From: an archaeon
GTDB lineage: Archaea > Nanobdellota > Nanobdellia > Woesearchaeales > UBA9642
NCBI GenBank assembly: GCA_043806035.1
Contig: JAZDHK010000001.1
Span: forward strand, 32,001-96,000
DNA: 64,000 nt
Direction of reading: 5' to 3'
Positions 57,256-64,000 of this stretch are shown piece by piece. Below the pieces are notes generated by a model. That model was given only the letters and a program-made list of their open reading frames with translations, did not search any database and was not told the DNA's origin. The translations under genes and the position numbers were made by a program. How positions within the stretch are numbered: position 1 is the first letter of the stretch; each line of letters opens with the position of its first letter.

Positions 57256-58191
57256 GTGAACCGTAGACGCATTCAACTCATAGCCGGCACAACATACACG
57301 CTGTCCTTGCCGAAAGAATGGGTGAGACGCAACAAGCTCAAGGAGCAAGATGAGATTCTCATCGACGAGCGTGGTGACGGAACGCTCGTGCTCTTGCCGC
57401 ACAGCAAGGAGAAGAGAACAGGAACAGATATCACGTTCCAAATCGATGATTTCCTGGATAGCATAGAGCAAGTCCTGTTCAGTTTCTACCATCTTGGCTT
57501 CGAAACAATCACACTCTGGTCAAAAAAAGAGATGCCCAAAGCAACACGTGCACTTATCCGAAAGTCCATAACCTACATGAGCGGAACGGAAATTGTCCAC
57601 GAAGACGAGAAGAAAATCATTATCAAGATTCTCCTTGATAAAAATCGCATCGATTTGACGCAAGTGCTCTATCGAATGGGACTCATCCTGCAGAACAGCG
57701 CAGCGCAACTTATTGGAGAGATTGCTATTGCCGACATCAGGATTGGCGAGCAGGAAATCGATAGACTCTATCATCTGAACGCCAAAGTCCTCAGCCTTGC
57801 GCTTCAGGACAATACACTGCTGAGCACGGCGCGCATCCAGCATCTCGGGCTCATCCTTCTCTACAGCCTCATCAACAAGAAGCTGGAGAATATCGGTGAT
57901 GTAATCAGTAGGCTTGCAGAATATCTTCACGACCACAAACTGCATCTTGAACAAAAAAAGGACGTGCAGTTTATAATGGCAGAATTGGACAGGTCACTCA
58001 AGCACGTACATAGTCCATTCCTCATGATGAGCAAGGATGTTATTTTGGGATTGAAAGAAAAGCTGCCGGAGTGCAAAGACACAACAATCCGATACCATCT
58101 CTCGACGCTGCTAAGATATGTCATTGATGTCCAGGAAGAGATGGTCAGCGTCAGTTTCCACCAAAAGCTTATTCATGAAAAGATCATTTGA
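57256..58191 (+). CDS. AbrB-PhoU phosphate uptake regulator, divergent from pstS
   Basis: RRIQLIAGTTYTLSLPKEWV; EQEIDRLY; LENIGD. Confidence 0.88.
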   Translation: MNRRRIQLIAGTTYTLSLPKEWVRRNKLKEQDEILIDERGDGTLVLLPHSKEKRTGTDITFQIDDFLDSIEQVLFSFYHLGFETITLWSKKEMPKATRALIRKSITYMSGTEIVHEDEKKIIIKILLDKNRIDLTQVLYRMGLILQNSAAQLIGEIAIADIRIGEQEIDRLYHLNAKVLSLALQDNTLLSTARIQHLGLILLYSLINKKLENIGDVISRLAEYLHDHKLHLEQKKDVQFIMAELDRSLKHVHSPFLMMSKDVILGLKEKLPECKDTTIRYHLSTLLRYVIDVQEEMVSVSFHQKLIHEKII

Positions 58192-58277
58192 TGCCAAAAA
58201 GTTACTTTTTAGTGGTGAAAACAAAAACCTTTTTATAGCTGCAGTGCATATCCTTCCTTTGCGGGGGAAGTGATGGA

Positions 58278-60431
58278 GTGAGAAACTCTACAAGAAACGT
58301 GCTGCTGTCATTTATTCTAGGTATGCTGCTTCTCTCCACACTCGTCCTTGCGGCGAAAGAAAAAACCACACCTTCCAAGCAAGATCTTGATGTATCACTT
58401 CAAGAAAAAAACATCATCGCTGAACTCCCTACTGATATCGTCGCGCCCACGATTAATTGCAGCAACATAACCAACAATCCTGCTGCCAATGAGACGACAA
58501 ACACGACCAACTGCACTGCACTCGCTCCTGACACCTCAGAAAACAATACCGCCTTGCCCGATCCAGAATGGGAAATGACTGTAGACGATGATGCGACTGC
58601 TCCTGCAGCAAGCACAGAATCAGTTGCAGACATCGCTCTTGCTGTTGAAGAACTTCCTGAAGAGAACAGCACTCCAGAACCAACGCTCTCTGATGCCATT
58701 CTTCCAGAACCTGCACTGTTAACTGTTCCTGAAGAAACAATCCTGGCTGAGAACACATCAGAGAATATGACCGAGGCCACGACGGAGAATATAACGGAGG
58801 ATACAGTGCAAGAACCCGCGATTATCATGAGTGTGCCGCATCCTCTCTCTCTGCAAGGAGAGCGCCAAGAACTCGAGATTGTCTTCACGTTCGCTAATGT
58901 GCTCAACAGAACCGATACCTTCATGTCCGGACCGTACACCATTCCGGGCGATGCCGTGCAGAGGAATATAGGGCCCGTGCCGCTACCCTTAGCAAAAGAA
59001 AATCCTGCAATCGAAGAGTCTGCAGCAACTGATTTGAAGGCGGGTGCAACATCCGAACCACAGGCAACTGCACAACAAGTTGATATGCGTGCACGTCGCA
59101 ACATAGGCCCCAGGACAATCATGCTCAGCACGTACGACGTCCAGCGCGCACTGCCAGAACAGCCAGAAACCTTCACCAGATATCTCGTCAACATCACCTG
59201 TGCCCCTGACGTGTGCAGCTTCAGCGTCCCGGTGAGCGAGAACGGCATCTTCAAAGTCCTAGCATACGATGCGCAAGGCATGCTCCTTCTCGAGGACTCC
59301 TTCTCAGTCGAGATAGGACTGCAACGTACAAAACAATATCTTGCCTACGGCAACAACCGCATTATCGCAGAAGACAATCAGGGCACAGTCCAGTATCATC
59401 ACCAGGACAATCTCGGCAGCACCGTGCTCATCACCAATGCTTCAGGAGAAATGGTTGCCGAGTTCAGCTACGGCCCGTTCGGCGAGCCGCTCGTCGACCC
59501 TGCGCAATTCGCGTATACGGAGAAGGAATATGACGCTTCAGGACTCTTCTATTATGGTGCTCGCTACTACGATGCGGACATTGGCAGGTTCACGACGGCG
59601 GATACGTTCAAGGGAAGGACGACAGAGCCAGCCAGCCTCAATAGGTATGTCTACGTGCAGAATAATCCGCTTGTGCTCTCGGATCCTACCGGGCATGAAG
59701 GTGAGCATACGACGCAACAGCCGGTAAGCACGCGTGTTGATACGTCAGTTGATTATGCGCGGATGCAGCGACTGGCAGAGAAGCAGCTCAAGAAGCTGCA
59801 GCAACAGGCGTATGAGAATGCACTGGCACTGGCGCAGCAGACGCCGACAGGAGTGAGATTCGTCCCCAATGAAGAGGGATTGGTACAGGAGACTATTATT
59901 GAGGATGCCATTGCAGCGTTTGCCACCGGAGGAGGATCCGTGGCTGGAAAGGGTATACTGGGTGCCAGCATCAAATCGACGGGGCGGGCAGGACTGTCTA
60001 AGACAATCTATGAAAAAGGACCTCTCCTGGCGAAATATGGCAGAGGGGGCTTCAAAGTGCAAGCCACGACGAGGAGTGGGTTCGAAACGGCCCTTACCTT
60101 GGGCAATGACGTCTCTCTTGGTTTATCCCAACGGATTTCTATTCCTCTCTCTTCCACGAAGAGTTTGGAACTACGGGAGAGCGTCAGCGTACCAGTCTGG
60201 TCCTCATCGACAAATAGGCCTAGTGGAACGTACTACACGCTGAAGTCGGACATTGCTATTGTGCCGGGCTTGTCTCTTGAGCAGTATGCACAGGTTACGC
60301 AAGAACTGCAGCAGGCGCAACAACAACAGTTCATCAAGGAAATGGACGCTCGCGTGCAACAATACAAATGGGCAGCTCCGTCGACAGGGGGGTACAACCC
60401 ACCCGCACCTGTTCCGCGTTGGCACTTGTGA
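58278..60431 (+). CDS. Secreted RHS-core protein with variable C-terminal domain
   Basis: Signal peptide, acidic Thr/Pro linker, YHHQDNLGS...YGPFGE...YTEKEYD.SGLFYYGARYYD..IGRF...LNRYVYVQNNPL..SDPTG. Confidence 0.88.
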   Translation: MRNSTRNVLLSFILGMLLLSTLVLAAKEKTTPSKQDLDVSLQEKNIIAELPTDIVAPTINCSNITNNPAANETTNTTNCTALAPDTSENNTALPDPEWEMTVDDDATAPAASTESVADIALAVEELPEENSTPEPTLSDAILPEPALLTVPEETILAENTSENMTEATTENITEDTVQEPAIIMSVPHPLSLQGERQELEIVFTFANVLNRTDTFMSGPYTIPGDAVQRNIGPVPLPLAKENPAIEESAATDLKAGATSEPQATAQQVDMRARRNIGPRTIMLSTYDVQRALPEQPETFTRYLVNITCAPDVCSFSVPVSENGIFKVLAYDAQGMLLLEDSFSVEIGLQRTKQYLAYGNNRIIAEDNQGTVQYHHQDNLGSTVLITNASGEMVAEFSYGPFGEPLVDPAQFAYTEKEYDASGLFYYGARYYDADIGRFTTADTFKGRTTEPASLNRYVYVQNNPLVLSDPTGHEGEHTTQQPVSTRVDTSVDYARMQRLAEKQLKKLQQQAYENALALAQQTPTGVRFVPNEEGLVQETIIEDAIAAFATGGGSVAGKGILGASIKSTGRAGLSKTIYEKGPLLAKYGRGGFKVQATTRSGFETALTLGNDVSLGLSQRISIPLSSTKSLELRESVSVPVWSSSTNRPSGTYYTLKSDIAIVPGLSLEQYAQVTQELQQAQQQQFIKEMDARVQQYKWAAPSTGGYNPPAPVPRWHL

Positions 60432-60519
60432 TAGCAGTTTACTTGTAGACAGCAATCGTTCAAGCGGAGTCTACCGTCTGTGTTGGCAGGTAACTTTATG
60501 ATATAGAATTTTATAGAAT

Positions 60520-61455
60520 TTATTTGTAGAACTTGTCTACCCTGCTTTCTAAGCCAAACTGTCCTAGCTCGTTGATCTGACTGATGACGTCGAGCGTCGG
60601 CCGATGCGGCGTCTTTGCTCGTTCCATATCGTCCAAGAAGTAGGAAAGCGTATTCCTGAGCATATCGGCACCTGTTGTGTCATAGAAGTTCAGTCCTGCG
60701 ACAGCGACGTTCAAATCCGCTAGGTATTGCGGGATACTCTCGTATGGATTGGAGAGTTGCTTCTTTTCTCTCGACCAGAGGTCGAGGAATCGCTGGTTGC
60801 CTGCAAACAAGTGATCAATGCTCGTCTGGGATGGATTCGGATAGAGTGGGAGGTGGTTCTGCTCGGCGAGTGATTGCACGTACGGCAGCCAGCGTTGGTT
60901 GAGTTCTTGGTCATAGACATCGCTTTCATGTGGGTTGGCGAGCCATGCCTTGAACGCGCTGTCGGAAAGCGAGATGATAGGTTTTCTCTGTTCTTGTGTT
61001 ATCCATTGTTCTAGCGTTTGATTGAGATAGTTTTCGTTGCGAGATTCGATGTCATATCTGAATTCCTTCGTGCTGAGCAACAGTTCCTTAAGCTGGCTAA
61101 GATAGTGTGTGCTGGCGTCTGCTCCTTTGATGGCGTTCGAGGCGCTAGCGTATCGTGCAAGCAACTGTTCGATGTGGTTGTTCTCCTGTACCGATCGCGC
61201 ATAACCCGTCGTGTCTGGCCTGATTGTCGTGTCAAGCGTACTCGTATCCTGCCGCGTATGACCTGTCATGTCCGATGTGATTTCTGTTTCTTGCTTTGCA
61301 GATGTGTGTGGAGTGGCAGAGCAACTCGAATAGAAGAGAGGAATTAACGCAGCAAGTATCGTTGGCTTGAGTAGTATTTTGCCAAGCAATCGTAACCCAT
61401 CTGATGCGGTCATGATGTGGAGGATGCCTTTCTGATTTATAAATGTTTCTATCAT
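60520..61455 (-). CDS. Hypothetical lipoprotein-like protein
   Basis: Hydrophobic segment ending YSSC, Thr-rich linker, helical domain; start uncertain. Confidence 0.6.
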   Translation of the reverse strand: MIETFINQKGILHIMTASDGLRLLGKILLKPTILAALIPLFYSSCSATPHTSAKQETEITSDMTGHTRQDTSTLDTTIRPDTTGYARSVQENNHIEQLLARYASASNAIKGADASTHYLSQLKELLLSTKEFRYDIESRNENYLNQTLEQWITQEQRKPIISLSDSAFKAWLANPHESDVYDQELNQRWLPYVQSLAEQNHLPLYPNPSQTSIDHLFAGNQRFLDLWSREKKQLSNPYESIPQYLADLNVAVAGLNFYDTTGADMLRNTLSYFLDDMERAKTPHRPTLDVISQINELGQFGLESRVDKFYK

Positions 61456-61643
61456 TACTACTCAAAAATGGTTAATTATTTTATTGCTGCAAACGGCATG
61501 CAAAAACAAGATCTTGCCAATTTCTCGACGATAAAATGAACCTGAAGAAGATGCACATCACAAAACGGAACAAGAATACAGATTCGTTTTGCAAATATTT
61601 AAATACGTAGCAGCTATTTTCTCCTCGGGGGAAGGTGTAGGCA

Positions 61644-64000
61644 GTGACGAACAAAACGAACATTGCAATAACCTATATGCTCACTATATTGATTCTTATT
61701 CTCCTGCCCTCCGCTCTCGCTGAAGGCGAATATCATCAAACTATCAACTTGCAGCAACAGTTCGGCGACCAGAGCAAAGCAGCCACCGCATATGGTGTGG
61801 TAAGCGATGATGTCGACCTCTTCACGGGCGACGTGCGCTTCAGCATGCCAATCATCTCCTTGCCAGGCAGGAATGGCATGGACCTCGGTTTCAGCGTGGC
61901 GTATAGCTCGAACGTCGATACCACCAGATCGAACGCCGAATCCCCGACGGGTGTCCTTGGCCTGGGATGGAGTCTTCCCCTCTCCACTATCACCGTAGAC
62001 ACCAAGGGAACAGGCTCCAACACGGATGATACGTTCTACTGGAACGGCCAAGAATTGATTCCCTTCCCCAATCAAGGCGCGTATCCGACCACGTTCTACA
62101 CATCGAGAGACTACACGTACAAGGTCATCACTGCAGTCTGGTCTGAACCCAAGATCGACCACTGGATCATCACGAACGAGGACGGCAGCAAGGAATATTA
62201 TGGCAGCACGGACAACTCACGCTGGATAGCACTCGGCGAAGACAACGTGATCGGCGTCGGCGACACGAACTACTACACGGGCTGGTATCTCGACAAGCGC
62301 GAGGACACGTTCGGCAATAGGATAACCTACGACTACCGGAAGTATGAGACAGAATATCCCTCCCATCCAAATGTGGCGAACGCGAATGGCTACGCCCTGT
62401 ACGGCAGCAGCCAGCGCTACACCAAGGCGATGTACCTCTATCACATCAATGACAGCGTCGGAAGAACAGTCACGTTTACCTACGCGCTCAAGAACCCGAC
62501 AGAGTACTATGACCCCGACTCGACGTATACGACAATCGGCGATACCGTTGTCCACCACCGCATGAAGCGCTTCGAGCGACTGTATCTCGACTATATAGAT
62601 GTACAGACGACCGATGGCTCTCTGCTCAACAGGTATGATTTTGGCTATAACGAGGACGTCAACGGACTTGCACAACATATCGCTCAAGACACACAGCTCG
62701 AGAAACGTCTGCTCACCTCGGTCACCATCTATGATGATAGCCTCAGCACCCATCTCAATCCGACAAAGTTCCAGTATGTCACGGACATGACATTCTTCCG
62801 CGTCGGCGTGTTCGGCAAGATACAGAAAGTCCTGTATCCGAGCGGCGGCATGGTCGAGTACACATATGACAGAAATGACATGAACTATGACATGCGCCAG
62901 TATATGATAAGTTATGGTACGCAGATGACGTACGTCGGCAACGACTTCATCGTGAACAAGGACGTGGATGCGATGAGCATCCGCATCAAAGACTTCAAGG
63001 GGGACACGTGGAAGGATGCACCTCTCGATACGTGGTTCGACTTCGGATCGTATCCCTATACGAACCAACCCCAGCAATATCGGACGGAAGTCATGGATAT
63101 TTCAACAGGTAAGGATTATGTTGCAGTCGCGTACGGAAACACCCTCCGCAACCAGCCAGCTTCTGACAACAGACAGTACGATCCGAAGAGAGACAAGCTC
63201 AAGATCATCCAACGCGGGCTCGATGGCGTGTGGCGAGTTGCTCTGTCCAATACATTTACCGTTGATAACACACCGACAGGAACGGGCGCCATCCAGGTCT
63301 TTCCGCTCACGGACGAAGTGCTCGTGCTCTCAGGTTCTGATTCCTCGAAGACGCTCAAGGTCTTTAGGAGAAACAGCCAACTTTCCTGGTCACAGGCGCA
63401 GCAGATCACTGGACTGCCGTCGGACATCAAGAGTATCCAGGTCAGAGACTCATATATTTTCATCATAGGAGCACCATTCCCAGGATCCGATTACAACGTC
63501 TACTTCTACCAGAAAGACGAATCGGGAACGTGGAACCAGCTCAGTTGCGGATCTACAGGACCAGTCTATCAGTACAATCATTTCAATTATGGCACTGGCG
63601 GATACACTGCAGGATGTTATTTCCAGAATCCACAAAGCCAAGGCTTTGAAGATTTCTCCGTTGTGGCCAACGACAATTATGTCGCAGTCTTGGTGTCGCA
63701 TCGCATCCAGTCAATGACAGGACTGGCAGCACGTCTCTATAGATTCCCTGCAGGATGGACGACTCATGCGAATCTTGTCGTCTGGAGGAGAGTAGGAAAC
63801 GAATGGCAGGTGCAAGTCAATCCGACCAGCGAAAGCCAGCTGCGGCAGCCGCTCTCTGGAAGGTCAGACTATGCATCGGCAGTCACATTCCAAGGCTACT
63901 TCATGGCGGGCGATGACACCCAACTCTTCATCGGCAACAAGATCATGTACAACGCCGCCCAGCGATTGCTGCGATACACGCCGCAATGCAATGCGAACGG
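61644..64000 (+). CDS. Large secreted RHS/YD-repeat (SpvB/TcB-like N-terminus) protein, 3'-truncated by window edge
   Basis: Signal peptide, VDLFTGDVRFSMPIISLPGRNGMDL..SVAYSS, LGLGWSL, WYLDKREDTFGNRITYDY, YPSGGMVEYTY; absent from the track, presumably because no stop falls in the window (frame only spot-checked). Confidence 0.85.
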   Translation, partial: MTNKTNIAITYMLTILILILLPSALAEGEYHQTINLQQQFGDQSKAATAYGVVSDDVDLFTGDVRFSMPIISLPGRNGMDLGFSVAYSSNVDTTRSNAESPTGVLGLGWSLPLSTITVDTKGTGSNTDDTFYWNGQELIPFPNQGAYPTTFYTSRDYTYKVITAVWSEPKIDHWIITNEDGSKEYYGSTDNSRWIALGEDNVIGVGDTNYYTGWYLDKREDTFGNRITYDYRKYETEYPSHPNVANANGYALYGSSQRYTKAMYLYHINDSVGRTVTFTYALKNPTEYYDPDSTYTTIGDTVVHHRMKRFERLYLDYIDVQTTDGSLLNRYDFGYNEDVNGLAQHIAQDTQLEKRLLTSVTIYDDSLSTHLNPTKFQYVTDMTFFRVGVFGKIQKVLYPSGGMVEYTYDRNDMNYDMRQYMISYGTQMTYVGNDFIVNKDVDAMSIRIKDFKGDTWKDAPLDTWFDFGSYPYTNQPQQYRTEVMDISTGKDYVAVAYGNTLRNQPASDNRQYDPKRDKLKIIQRGLDGVWRVALSNTFTVDNTPTGTGAIQVFPLTDEVLVLSGSDSSKTLKVFRRNSQLSWSQAQQITGLPSDIKSIQVRDSYIFIIGAPFPGSDYNVYFYQKDESGTWNQLSCGSTGPVYQYNHFNYGTGGYTAGCYFQNPQSQGFEDFSVVANDNYVAVLVSHRIQSMTGLAARLYRFPAGWTTHANLVVWRRVGNEWQVQVNPTSESQLRQPLSGRSDYASAVTFQGYFMAGDDTQLFIGNKIMYNAAQRLLRYTPQCNAN

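Overview
This 64-kb window is archaeal chromosome, most consistent with a DPANN (Woesearchaeota-like) lineage. Archaeal markers are aIF6-prefoldin alpha-FtsY, a small histone-fold gene, TrmB regulators, intron-containing tRNAs and archease-RtcB with an intein. Bacterial-type genes are mixed in: groES-groEL, ispH, a sigma-70 factor, TonB, an L,D-transpeptidase and a Ddl-like ATP-grasp enzyme. The strongest candidate for an undescribed system is a translationally coupled five-gene RiPP-like operon (34.7-39.2 kb, minus strand). It encodes a radical SAM/SPASM enzyme, a precursor with two Cys-rich core repeats conserved at protein level, a methyltransferase, an unknown protein and an ATP-grasp enzyme. 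Next to it is a four-gene operon (J-domain pseudokinase, vWA, pyruvate-kinase-like, divergent adenylosuccinate synthetase). That operon is followed by a ~1.95-kb cassette bounded by 14-bp tRNA-end-like direct repeats with inverted repeats inside. Also seen: a dispersed 134-nt palindromic element in two copies, two candidate structured RNAs, several small genes missed by the ORF track, a pst operon and an RHS locus running off the right edge. All calls come from motif recognition by eye; no database searches were run.
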